Source: a bacterium (GTDB taxonomy: Bacteria > Patescibacteriota > Microgenomatia > Levybacterales > UBA12049). Taken from it: a stretch of 51,389 nt of DNA. The notes beneath the pieces were generated by a model. That model searched no databases and had not been told where the DNA came from. It was given only the letters and a program-made list of their open reading frames with translations. Shown here piece by piece: positions 42,251 through 51,389 of the stretch. The first letter of the stretch is position 1. Each line of letters begins with the position of its first letter. Position numbers and translations under genes: made by a program. Location: assembly GCA_021791545.1 (NCBI GenBank), contig JAJYWL010000003.1, positions 1-51,389 on the forward strand, given 5' to 3'.

Positions 42251-43419
42251 AAAAGCTTTATCTTTTATTCTTTTCCTATTTAGTTTATCTTTTTTCATTA
42301 TTTTTATACTCCTTTACACAGGTTGATTTAGACCTGACTCTATCAAGATCTTCAATCTTTCAATTTTTGGAAAAGAAATTCCAATATGTAGGATATTTTC
42401 AAAGACCTGAATCGGCAATGATTTTCAGTATCCTTATGGTTCTTGCCTTTGTTTTTTACCTCATATTTTTTTACTTGGGGTGGAAAAAGAAACTGACCAA
42501 AAAACAAATCTGGTTTCTTATTTTAGGGACTTTTGTTTTTTTAATCCTTTCCTATAATGCTTTTTCCTACGATATTTTTAACTATATGTTTGACGCTAAG
42601 ATAATTACCCATTATGGACAAAACCCTTATACGACTCCTGCCTTGGCTTTTCCTCATGATCCAATGATTAACTTTATGAGATGGGTACATAGGGTTTATC
42701 CATATGGTCCTTTCTGGTTGGTATTGACTGTGCCTCTTTCTTATATAGGTTTAAATTATTTTCTTCCAACCTTTTTTCTGTTCAAGATAATGATTGGATT
42801 AAGTTTACTTGGAACTGCCTATTTTATTTCAAAAATACTTAAAGAAGTTTCTCCTGAAAACGAAAACCTTGGACTTATTTTCTTTGCCTTAAATCCATTG
42901 GTTTATATAGAGACTTTTGTATCTGCCCATAACGATATGCCCATGCTTTTCTTCTGTGTACTGGCTTTATACCTTTTTATAAAAAGATCATATATAAATA
43001 GTGCTGCAGCATATCTTTTTTCCGTAGGGATTAAATTTGCGACAGGACTTCTTGCCCCTGTAATTTTATATCTTGGATATCTAAAATATTCAAAGAAAAA
43101 AATAAACTGGGAGCATATCTTTATTTTTTCATCTCTTTTTATGGTTGTTGCTGTATTTCTGGCAACATTTAGATTTGTTTATCAGCCCTGGTACTTTCTA
43201 TACGTTCTTCCTTTTGCCGCTCTTACGCCCAAAAAATATTACATTTATATTCCCGTTTTTGTGATTTCTATACTAAGTCTTTTCCAATATCTTCCGTTTA
43301 TTGCCTGGGGTAATTGGGATCCACCCGTACAAACAATCCTTGTATCTACACAGCTTGCTTCTGTAGCTATTTCAGCTTTATTAGTATTGATTGTTTTTCT
43401 CTTCAAAAAGTTTGCTTAA
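42247..43419 (+). CDS. polytopic membrane protein, possible GT-C-type glycosyltransferase
   Basis: 390 aa with more than 10 TM helices, embedded in the glycosylation cluster. The start overlaps the upstream stop. Confidence 0.4.
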   Translation: MKKLYLLFFSYLVYLFSLFLYSFTQVDLDLTLSRSSIFQFLEKKFQYVGYFQRPESAMIFSILMVLAFVFYLIFFYLGWKKKLTKKQIWFLILGTFVFLILSYNAFSYDIFNYMFDAKIITHYGQNPYTTPALAFPHDPMINFMRWVHRVYPYGPFWLVLTVPLSYIGLNYFLPTFFLFKIMIGLSLLGTAYFISKILKEVSPENENLGLIFFALNPLVYIETFVSAHNDMPMLFFCVLALYLFIKRSYINSAAAYLFSVGIKFATGLLAPVILYLGYLKYSKKKINWEHIFIFSSLFMVVAVFLATFRFVYQPWYFLYVLPFAALTPKKYYIYIPVFVISILSLFQYLPFIAWGNWDPPVQTILVSTQLASVAISALLVLIVFLFKKFA

Positions 43420-43452
43420 GATTGTAGCCTCTTGTATAATCAAAGTTAGGTT

Positions 43453-44976
43453 ATGGACTTTTTAAAAAGATTCAAAAAAGAGATTTTTCTCTTTCTTTCT
43501 ATTTCCGCTCTTTACTTTCTTATAAGACTTCCCTTACTTTCAAATCTTCCGATGTTTACTGATGAGGCAATATATCTAAGATGGGCACAGATTGCTCTCC
43601 ATGACTCTTCCTGGAGATTCATTTCGTTAACAGACGGAAAACAACCTCTTTTTGTCTGGGTTGTAATGGTATTTATGAAATTCATTCAAGACCCTCTTAT
43701 AGCGGGAAGAATTGTTTCCGTTCTTTCCGGATTTTTCACTCTTTGGGGACTTTGGCTTTTATCCTATGAGCTTTTCAAGAATAAAAGAGTCTCTTTATTT
43801 ACCTTATTGATATATATCTTCTATCCCTTCGCATTCGTCTACGACAGGATGGCTCTAATGGACGGAATGGTCGGGACTTTTACCGTCTGGTCTTTGTATT
43901 TCTCTGTCCTTTTGGTAAGAAGATCAAGGCTTGATATAGCATATACTTTGGGAATAATAACGGGACTTGGAACCCTTACCAAAAGTACAAATTTTTTCAG
44001 CATTTATCTTTTGCCTTTCACTTTAGTTCTTTTCAATTTCCGAGAAAAACCGTTATTGAAAAGACTCGGTAAGTGGATACTTCTTGCAGGTTTTTCCGCA
44101 GGAATAAGTTATGGAATGTATAACGTTTTAAGACTTTCTCCTCTTTACGAAATGATTTCCGCAAAGAATGCTACTTTTATATATCCGGTCAGCGAATGGA
44201 TTCATCATCCTTTTGCAATGTTTTTGGGAAACCTTAACGGGCTTATTACTTGGTGGTTCCAATATTCGACGGTCTCTTATTTAATTCTTCTTGCAGTATC
44301 TCTTATTTTTTTAAACAAATTCTTCAAGGAAAAACTTATTTTGGTATTGTATTTTGTTCTTCCTTTTATAGCATTAGCTCTTTTTGGAAAAGTACTGTTT
44401 CCAAGATACATATTCTTTATGAGTCTTTCACTTCTTCCTTTGATGGCGTGGGCTTTAGATTTTATTGTCTTAAAGATCGAGAGGTATCTTTCATTCAGAA
44501 GGTCGAATATAATACTTCCTTTGGTTTTACTCGTAGTATTCCTGTCTCTTCCCGGATTTGTAAGTTACAAGTTCATGATGGATCCTGCTAATGCTCCTGT
44601 TGCAGATTCTGACAGGGGACAGTATTCAAACGGATCGGCAGCAGGCTGGGGAGTAAAGGAAAGTGTATCTTTTTTTAGGCAACAAGCAGAAAAAGGAAAG
44701 ATTTATGTAGCAACCGAAGGAACTTTTGGTCTGATGCCTGAGGCAATGGAAATGTATTTCTTCCAGAACAAGAATGTGACTGTAAAAGGCTTCTGGCCTA
44801 TAAATTCATTCCCTAAGGAAGTAGAAGACGCTTCAAAGAAAATGCCTACTTACTTTATTTTTTATCAGCCTCAACATAGGGTAATTCCTTCGGATTTTCC
44901 TCTAAAGCTTCTTTTCCAGGTGAAACAGGGCAATACTAACTTCTATTACAGAGTTTATCAGGTGCTGCCAAAGTAA
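43453..44976 (+). CDS. ArnT/PMT-like (GT39/GT83) polyprenyl-phosphate-sugar-dependent glycosyltransferase
   Basis: 507 aa. The first-loop acidic motif is FTDEAIYLRWA. Polytopic N-terminal half with a soluble C-terminus. Confidence 0.65.
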   Translation: MDFLKRFKKEIFLFLSISALYFLIRLPLLSNLPMFTDEAIYLRWAQIALHDSSWRFISLTDGKQPLFVWVVMVFMKFIQDPLIAGRIVSVLSGFFTLWGLWLLSYELFKNKRVSLFTLLIYIFYPFAFVYDRMALMDGMVGTFTVWSLYFSVLLVRRSRLDIAYTLGIITGLGTLTKSTNFFSIYLLPFTLVLFNFREKPLLKRLGKWILLAGFSAGISYGMYNVLRLSPLYEMISAKNATFIYPVSEWIHHPFAMFLGNLNGLITWWFQYSTVSYLILLAVSLIFLNKFFKEKLILVLYFVLPFIALALFGKVLFPRYIFFMSLSLLPLMAWALDFIVLKIERYLSFRRSNIILPLVLLVVFLSLPGFVSYKFMMDPANAPVADSDRGQYSNGSAAGWGVKESVSFFRQQAEKGKIYVATEGTFGLMPEAMEMYFFQNKNVTVKGFWPINSFPKEVEDASKKMPTYFIFYQPQHRVIPSDFPLKLLFQVKQGNTNFYYRVYQVLPK

Positions 44977-44982
44977 TCTGAA

Positions 44983-46608
44983 ATGAAAAGTAAAATCTTA
45001 TATTTCTTAGGTCTTTTTGTCTTAGCATTTTTAATAAGTCTGCCTCTTATCCTCCCTTATTTTAAACAGGGTTTTTTCCCTACACACGACGGAGAATGGG
45101 CTGTCGTAAGGCTTTCCGATATGTATAGGGAAATTAAGGATTTGCAGTTTCCTGCACGTTTTAGCGGGTATCTTAATTTCCAATATGGATATCCTCTTTT
45201 TAATTTTGCTTACCCTTTGCCTTATTACTTTGGCCTTATTTTTGTATTTCTAAAAATGGGCTTTGTAGGAAGCATCAAGATCCTTTTTTCACTAAGTGTT
45301 ATTTTTTCATTTATTTCAATGTATCTTCTTTCTTCTAACTTTTGGAAGAACAAGTGGGCCGGTTTAATCAGCGGAATCTTTTATCTATACGTTCCGTATA
45401 GGATTGTTGATCTTTATGTAAGGGGGTCGATTGGTGAATCTTTGTCTTTTGTTTTATTTCCTCTGATTTTATGGGGAATAAAGAAAATATATGAGAGCAA
45501 GGACTTGAAATATTTCTTTGCAACTTCCGCTTTTTTTGCTCTTCTTGTCGCAACACACAATATAATGACGGTTCTTTTCGGTCTTATAATTTTCCTTATT
45601 GTTGTCGCTTCTCTTTTGTATAAAAAATTTAATTTTGTTTTTAGACTTTTTGGTTCTTTGGTTTTTTCCATGTGTCTTTCTGCATTTTTCTGGATCCCTG
45701 CAATATTTGAGAAGAATCTGATTCTTCTTTCAAAGATTCCTATTGCGGACAGGAATCTTTATTTTGTTAAACCATTGGATCTGATTATTCCTAAATGGGG
45801 ATATGGAACACCGACTGATCCGAACGGATTTGGTTATCAATTGGGAATTCCTCAGCTTTTGGCTTTAGGTTTTGTCATTTTATTCTTTATATTAAAGTTT
45901 AAGAAAGAATCACAAAGAAAAGTTCTTTCATTTTTAATAATTTCTACATTAGTCATTTCTTTCCTTATGTTTTCGGCAAGTTCTTTGTTATGGAAACTTC
46001 CGTTACTCTCGGAAATAAATTATCCATGGACCGTACTTTCAATACTTATTTTTCTCGTAGCTCTTATTGCAGGATATCTGGGTAAGCTGGGTAAGAAATT
46101 TACTATTCTGGCAATTATCCTTTCTCTTTCGGCGGTAGTTTTTGTTCTTCCTCATGCGGTTCCCAATTATCAGGTAGATAGAGGAGACGGTTTTTATGTA
46201 ACCAATCAGGCAACAACTACTTCTTCAAATGAGCTTATGCCTTTATGGGTAAAAGTTTTTCCCTTAAGTGCTCCATCGTCGAAGGTAGTTGCAAAGGGAA
46301 ATATAAGTAATCTTAAATCAAAATCAAATTCCATTTCTTTCAATGTTTCATTGGAGAAAAATGAAACCGTAAAAATAAACACAATTTATTATCCCGGATG
46401 GGAATTTAAGATTGACGGTACCGGCACAAAGATTAATTACAATAATAAATATGGTGTTATGGAAATTAATGTTCCAAAAGGAAATCATTTAGTGCAGGGT
46501 AAATTAAGTGAAACACCATTAAGGATGACAGCAGATTTTATTTCTTTTGCCGCAGTCTTTACTTTGATTTTCTACGCAATATATTCTTACTTTAAGAAAA
46601 TAAAATGA
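44983..46608 (+). CDS. GT-C-like membrane protein, paralogue A
   Basis: 541 aa. The N-terminal loop is FFPTHDGEWAVVRL...FQYGYPLFNFAYPLPYY. C-terminal beta-rich domain with a final TM. Confidence 0.5.
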   Translation: MKSKILYFLGLFVLAFLISLPLILPYFKQGFFPTHDGEWAVVRLSDMYREIKDLQFPARFSGYLNFQYGYPLFNFAYPLPYYFGLIFVFLKMGFVGSIKILFSLSVIFSFISMYLLSSNFWKNKWAGLISGIFYLYVPYRIVDLYVRGSIGESLSFVLFPLILWGIKKIYESKDLKYFFATSAFFALLVATHNIMTVLFGLIIFLIVVASLLYKKFNFVFRLFGSLVFSMCLSAFFWIPAIFEKNLILLSKIPIADRNLYFVKPLDLIIPKWGYGTPTDPNGFGYQLGIPQLLALGFVILFFILKFKKESQRKVLSFLIISTLVISFLMFSASSLLWKLPLLSEINYPWTVLSILIFLVALIAGYLGKLGKKFTILAIILSLSAVVFVLPHAVPNYQVDRGDGFYVTNQATTTSSNELMPLWVKVFPLSAPSSKVVAKGNISNLKSKSNSISFNVSLEKNETVKINTIYYPGWEFKIDGTGTKINYNNKYGVMEINVPKGNHLVQGKLSETPLRMTADFISFAAVFTLIFYAIYSYFKKIK

Positions 46609-48281
46609 AATATCTAAAATATTTATTATCTTTATTAGTGCTACTGTTCTTTCTTATACCGGTGCTTCCTCTTTTTCATTCCGGTTTTTTCCCAATCCAT
46701 GATAATACTCAGGTCCAGAGAGTCTTTGAAATGACAAAGTCTCTTTCATTCGGGATGTTTCCTGTAAGATGGGTTTCTGATCTGGGTTTTGGTTACGGTT
46801 ATCCTATTTTTAATTTTTATGCCCCTCTTGCATATTACTTTGGATCTTTATTTAACCTTTCCGGATTAGATCCTCTTTTATCTACAAAAATAATGATGTT
46901 TGTGGGAATTTTTATTTCGGGATTTTCGATGTATTTTCTTGGAAAAGAAGTTTGGGGGAAAATGGGCGGGGCAATATCGGGTCTTCTTTATACCTTTGCT
47001 CCTTACCACGCAGTAGATATATATGTGAGAGGCGATGTTGCGGAGTTTTGGGCGTATGCCTTTATTCCTCTGGTTTTTTATTCTCTTCTGAAGCTTAATA
47101 AGACCAATAAATTGAGGTATCTTTTGCTAGGAGCCTTTTCATTTTCTTTTGTGGTGTTAAGCCATAACCTTACGGCTTTAATGGTTACTCCTTTCATTTT
47201 TATCTTTTGGCTTTTTCTTAGTTTGATGAATAAGAGGAGTATTAAAAAAAGTCTTTTTCTTTTGACTCCTTTAGTCTTTGGTCTTTTAATCTCTGCATTT
47301 TATTGGCTTCCCGCCCTTTCTGAAATGAATTTTACCAACGTAATTTCGCAGGTTGGAGGAGGAGCAGATTATAGGGATCATTTTGTTTGCCTTAACCAAC
47401 TTTGGGCAAGTCCTTGGGGATTCGGAGGTTCTGTAAAAGGATGCGTAGACGGAGTTTCCTTTATGATAGGGAAATTACATATCTTACTTTCCCTTGCAGG
47501 AATTGTTCTTTTCGTTTTTGCCTTTATTCTCAGGAAAAAAGAAAAAGAGAAAATATTTGTTTTTCTATTTTCTCTTTCCGGGCTTTTATTGACGGTACTT
47601 CTTACTCTTGATGTCTCAAAACCTGTCTGGGATTTGATAAAGCCTATGGGGTTTTTTCAGTATCCTTGGAGATTTCTTCTTTTAGCATCCTTCTTTATAT
47701 CTTTTATAGGAGGTTCTGTGGTTTACTATTTTGATCTTTTTGCAAAGAAAAAATTGTTTACAGTGCTTTTCTTTATTTCTCTTATATTGGCTGTATCGGG
47801 TTTTAACTCCAAATACTTTTTTGCCCAGACATACACTAATGTATCATCAAAAGATTTTACAAACAGCCATTCCCTAAAATGGGTAACGTCGAATGTAACC
47901 AATGAATATATGCCGAAGGGTTTTTCGAAACCGACTTCTTTCGATCAAATTCCCAATGCCGTATCTGTAAGGCAAGGAGACGTAAACATAATAAGTGAAT
48001 CTTCTACTCCCAGAAAATATATCGTTTCATATGAATCCCAAGATGGAGGAAAGATTAGAGTACCAATCGCTTACTTTCCTTTCTGGAAGGCAGAACTTGA
48101 CGGGAATAAATTCGGATATTCTGTGACTAGCTCCGGAATTTCGGTAATGCTTCCAAAGGGTTCGCATACTCTTACTCTTTATTACTCACAAACCCTCACA
48201 GAGATTCTTGCAAATATTATTTCTGTCTGTGGCATATTAGCCTTGATTATTGTTATAATCTTTAGGAGGAAAGCTATATGA
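46605..48281 (+). CDS. GT-C-like membrane protein, paralogue B
   Basis: 558 aa. It shares FFPIHDNTQ...FGYGYPIFNFYAPLAYY and the C-terminal YFPFWKAELDG pattern (compare YYPGWEFKIDG) with the upstream gene. Confidence 0.5.
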   Translation: MKYLKYLLSLLVLLFFLIPVLPLFHSGFFPIHDNTQVQRVFEMTKSLSFGMFPVRWVSDLGFGYGYPIFNFYAPLAYYFGSLFNLSGLDPLLSTKIMMFVGIFISGFSMYFLGKEVWGKMGGAISGLLYTFAPYHAVDIYVRGDVAEFWAYAFIPLVFYSLLKLNKTNKLRYLLLGAFSFSFVVLSHNLTALMVTPFIFIFWLFLSLMNKRSIKKSLFLLTPLVFGLLISAFYWLPALSEMNFTNVISQVGGGADYRDHFVCLNQLWASPWGFGGSVKGCVDGVSFMIGKLHILLSLAGIVLFVFAFILRKKEKEKIFVFLFSLSGLLLTVLLTLDVSKPVWDLIKPMGFFQYPWRFLLLASFFISFIGGSVVYYFDLFAKKKLFTVLFFISLILAVSGFNSKYFFAQTYTNVSSKDFTNSHSLKWVTSNVTNEYMPKGFSKPTSFDQIPNAVSVRQGDVNIISESSTPRKYIVSYESQDGGKIRVPIAYFPFWKAELDGNKFGYSVTSSGISVMLPKGSHTLTLYYSQTLTEILANIISVCGILALIIVIIFRRKAI

Positions 48282-48988
48282 ATAAAGTCCCTGAACTTAC
48301 GATTTTTTTCCCCTTTTGGAATGAAGAGAAAAATATAGAACAGGTAGTTAAAAAAGCAATTCCGGTAGCAAAAAAAGTTGCAGACAAGTGGGAAATACTC
48401 ATGATAGATGACGGTTCCTCGGATAAGACTGCGGCAATAGGAAAAAAACTAGCGGAACAAAATCTAAATTTAAGGCTTATTTCTCATGTTCCTAACAGAG
48501 GATATGGGGCAGCACTTAAAGAGGGATTCAAAAACGCAAAGTATGACTTAATCGTATTTAATGACGGAGACGGACAGTTCGATTTCTCCGAAGTCACAAA
48601 ATTTTTGGCCAAAATTAAGAATGCGGATGTCGTTATAGGTCACAGGAAGAAAAGAAGTGACCATCCCTTCAGGCACTTGTTAATGAATCTTCTAAAGATC
48701 TGGGATTTGGTATTTTTCGGTTTTTACTTTAAGGATATAGACTGTGGTTTCAAACTGTTCAGAAGGCAAGCAGTAGATAAAATTATGCCTCTTAAATCGG
48801 AAGGTGCGATGATTACGACAGAGATACTCGCAAAGTCAAAAAAGGCAAAACTTAGAATCTTGGAAGTTGAAGTCAATCATTATCCAAGATTATTCGGAGA
48901 TCAAACGGGGGGAAATTTAAGGGTAATTATTAGAGCTATTAGAGAAAGCTTTTCTTTATGGAAGGATTTAAGAAATGGAAGAGCTTGA
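48278..48988 (+). CDS. GT2 glycosyltransferase
   Basis: MIDDGSSDKT and FNDGDGQFD (DxD-like) motifs. 236 aa. Confidence 0.8.
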   Translation: MNKVPELTIFFPFWNEEKNIEQVVKKAIPVAKKVADKWEILMIDDGSSDKTAAIGKKLAEQNLNLRLISHVPNRGYGAALKEGFKNAKYDLIVFNDGDGQFDFSEVTKFLAKIKNADVVIGHRKKRSDHPFRHLLMNLLKIWDLVFFGFYFKDIDCGFKLFRRQAVDKIMPLKSEGAMITTEILAKSKKAKLRILEVEVNHYPRLFGDQTGGNLRVIIRAIRESFSLWKDLRNGRA

Positions 48989-50429
48989 TATCGCCGCTGT
49001 AACAAAAAGGTCGATAAGGGGAGTATTCGCCCTAACTTCAAGAACCTTCATAATCCAACTCGTAGGTTTTGCAAGTAATCTTTTACTGACTATTTTTCTT
49101 TCTCCTTCAGTGTTCGGAGTCTACTTTGTCGTTTCAGCCGCAATTGCTTTTCTTTCCTACTTTTCGGATATAGGTCTTGCGGCAGCGCTTATCCAGAAAA
49201 AAGAGCAGATAACAGAAGACGATCTAAAGACAACTTTCACCATACAACAGATTCTTGTAGTCTCGGTTGTCGCGATTGCACTTTTATCATCGAGTTTCGT
49301 CTCAAGATTTTATCATCTGCAGGGAGAAGAGATTCTTCTTTTCCAGGCACTTGCCATATCGTTCTTTCTTTCTTCATTAAAGACGATTCCTTCGATTCTT
49401 ATGGAAAGAGAGCTTCGTTTTGAAAAGCTTGTAATTCCTCAAATAGTTGAAGTTTTGTTCTTTAATGTAACGGCCGTCTTTCTTGCTTGGAAAGGATACG
49501 GCGTAACAGCTTTTACTGTTGCCGTATTGGCAAGGGGACTTTCCGGACTTATCGCAATATATATAATTAATCCTTGGAGAATTAGACTGGGTCTTTCAAA
49601 AGATGTTGCGAGAAAACTTCTTTCTTTCGGAATACCTTTCCAGGCGAATAGTTTCTTGGGGTTAATAAAAGATGATTTATTTGTGGCATACCTAGGTAAA
49701 GCTCTTCCTATTGCACAGGTAGGTTATATCGGATTTGCCCAGAAATGGGCATATATGCCATTAAGACTTATCATGGATAACGTAATAAGGATTACTTTCC
49801 CTTCTTTCTCGAGGCTCCAGAATGAAAAAGACGTATTAAAGAAAGCAATAGAGAAGGCAATCTTTGCTTCGTGCTTCATCATTTTTCCTGCTTTAACAGG
49901 TTTGGTAATACTCTCAACCCATTTTGTAGAATTTATTCCTAAATACGAAAAGTGGGAGCCTGCAGTAATTTCATTATTCTTCTTTGCCGTTAACGCAGCT
50001 TTTTCTTCCATCTCTACGCCTCTTACAAATGCATTAAATGCAATAGGAAAGATCAAGGTTACTTTATATCTTATGGTTTTCTGGACTGTTGCAACATGGG
50101 TACTTACTCCAATATTTATCGCTATTTACGGATTTAACGGCGTTGCAATTGCCTCCGCTTTGATATCTCTTTCAATTGTGGGGGTTGTTATCATTACAAA
50201 AAAATATATCAATTTCAGTGTTCTTTCGACAGTTACTGTTCCTATCATAAGTACGGTAATTATGGGTGTAGTTGTCTACTTCTTTAATTTATATTTTGTA
50301 AGGGGTCTTATGACATTAGGAGCATCAATTATTGTCGGAGTTTTGATATATTTTGTCACGAGCATTATAATTGCTAAAGAGCAGATTATTTCTGACATTC
50401 AAATGGTCAGGGATAATTTAAAAACATGA
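48975..50429 (+). CDS. MOP-superfamily oligosaccharide flippase (Wzx-like)
   Basis: 484 aa with about 12-14 TM helices. N-terminal pattern GVFALTSRTFIIQLVGFASNLLLTIFLSP. Confidence 0.7.
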   Translation: MEELDIAAVTKRSIRGVFALTSRTFIIQLVGFASNLLLTIFLSPSVFGVYFVVSAAIAFLSYFSDIGLAAALIQKKEQITEDDLKTTFTIQQILVVSVVAIALLSSSFVSRFYHLQGEEILLFQALAISFFLSSLKTIPSILMERELRFEKLVIPQIVEVLFFNVTAVFLAWKGYGVTAFTVAVLARGLSGLIAIYIINPWRIRLGLSKDVARKLLSFGIPFQANSFLGLIKDDLFVAYLGKALPIAQVGYIGFAQKWAYMPLRLIMDNVIRITFPSFSRLQNEKDVLKKAIEKAIFASCFIIFPALTGLVILSTHFVEFIPKYEKWEPAVISLFFFAVNAAFSSISTPLTNALNAIGKIKVTLYLMVFWTVATWVLTPIFIAIYGFNGVAIASALISLSIVGVVIITKKYINFSVLSTVTVPIISTVIMGVVVYFFNLYFVRGLMTLGASIIVGVLIYFVTSIIIAKEQIISDIQMVRDNLKT

Positions 50430-51331
50430 AGATTTCGGCTGTAATTTCCGTATATAACGAAGAAAAGAGAATAGCTGCCTGCCTGGAATCGGTTAAGTTT
50501 GCAGATGAAATAGTTGTAGTAAATAACTCCTCAACAGACAAAACGGAAGAAGTAGCAAGAAAATATACGGACAAAGTCTTTAGACAGGAAAATAACCCTC
50601 TATATATAGATCTTCTTAAGAATTTGGGATTTGAAAAAGCAACAGGTGATTGGATTTTAAGTCTTGATGCAGACGAAACGGTTTCAAAAGAACTGGCACA
50701 GGAGTTAAGAGAAGTAACAATAAATAGCGGTAAAGACGCCTATTATATTCCTAGAAAAAATATTATCTTCGGAAAATGGATTGAGCATACCGGTTGGTAT
50801 CCTGACAACCAGCTAAGACTTTTCAAAAAAGGAGCAGGAAAATATATAACCAAACATGTTCATGAGCAGGTAAATATTGAAGGAGAAAAAGGATATCTTC
50901 AAAATCACATAATCCATGATAATTATTCTTCAATAAAAGATTTTTTTCAAAAGACAGTTTTTATGTATGCTCCAAATGAAGCGGAAAACATGCTTGAGAG
51001 AGGTTATAAATTCTCAAGAATGGATGCGATAAGGTTTCCCGTAAATGAGTTCCTAAGCAGGTTCTTTGCAAGAGAAGGATACAAAGACGGCCTACATGGT
51101 CTGGTTCTTTCAATGTTGATGGCTTTCTATCATTTCCTTATCTTTGCATATATCTGGGAGAAAAAGGACTTTGTTCAGGAAAGTCCAAAATATTTCTTAG
51201 AGGAAACAGAAGATGAAATAAAGAAAGTAAACAAGGATATAATGTTTTGGTTTTATAACGAGAAATTGAAATCTATAAAGAACCCAATAAACAGAAATCT
51301 TCAGAGAGTTCTAAAAAAGGTACCGCACTAA
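50426..51331 (+). CDS. GT2 glycosyltransferase
   Basis: ISAVISVYNEE and LSLDADE motifs. 301 aa. Confidence 0.8.
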   Translation: MKISAVISVYNEEKRIAACLESVKFADEIVVVNNSSTDKTEEVARKYTDKVFRQENNPLYIDLLKNLGFEKATGDWILSLDADETVSKELAQELREVTINSGKDAYYIPRKNIIFGKWIEHTGWYPDNQLRLFKKGAGKYITKHVHEQVNIEGEKGYLQNHIIHDNYSSIKDFFQKTVFMYAPNEAENMLERGYKFSRMDAIRFPVNEFLSRFFAREGYKDGLHGLVLSMLMAFYHFLIFAYIWEKKDFVQESPKYFLEETEDEIKKVNKDIMFWFYNEKLKSIKNPINRNLQRVLKKVPH

Positions 51332-51389
51332 TGAAACTTTCAGGTGTCATCATTGCAAAAAACGAAGAGAAAATGATAGAAGACTGCAT
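51331..51389 (+). CDS. GT2 glycosyltransferase, 5' fragment truncated by the window end
   Basis: MKLSGVIIAKNEEKMIEDC. The ATG shares one nucleotide with the upstream TAA (TAATG). Confidence 0.55.
   Translation, partial: MKLSGVIIAKNEEKMIEDC

Noticed and set aside
44250-44591. 113-aa plus-strand ORF in an alternative frame of the ArnT/PMT-like gene (similarly 47402-47611, 45368-45671, 49724-50056)
   Set aside because: These are embedded in longer ORFs with consistent membrane-protein character. They are off-frame or antisense artefacts of T-rich coding sequence.

Overview
This is an AT-rich, very gene-dense bacterial window. Start and stop codons often overlap, and convergent genes share stop nucleotides. 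The gene content (giant PT-linker and beta-helix surface proteins, many GT-C/GT2 envelope glycosylation genes, a DGR, little core metabolism) suggests a Patescibacteria/CPR-like genome; this is inference only.

Left third (1-22.1 kb):
- two secreted surface proteins sharing a Cys-containing C-terminal cassette
- an NRAMP-like permease translationally coupled to a soluble MgtE-N/CBS protein
- lon, glgA and a P3A-like P-type ATPase
- a rhodanese/ArsR/DUF302-glutaredoxin/DUF2892 module with a clear operator palindrome
- an ECF sigma pair, and GNAT, PAP2 and phosphodiester glycosidase genes

Centre (about 22.2-35.2 kb): a putative integrated mobile element abutting tRNA-Glu(CUC). It carries a large serine recombinase, a T4SS coupling-protein-like ATPase, a replication-relaxation protein and cargo genes. 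It also carries a complete diversity-generating retroelement (DGR):
- target gene with a C-terminal VR at 24641-24780
- TR at 25102-25241
- an opposite-strand avd
- the RT at 25679-26620

By hand alignment, 23 of 24 VR/TR mismatches in the 132-nt core fall on TR adenines. The most unusual observation is that avd has no in-frame start codon for its first helix. An upstream ATG is out of frame by exactly one unit of a (GA)9 tract, which suggests a slipped-strand ON/OFF switch on DGR activity, or else an assembly error.

Right third: an ABC permease/ATPase pair flanked by an identical 22-nt hairpin repeat, a MarR-MFP-MFP-MFS efflux operon with a consensus promoter and operator, and a roughly 10-kb glycosylation cluster (4 GT2, 4 polytopic GT-C-like proteins, 1 flippase).

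No rRNA genes or CRISPR arrays were seen.
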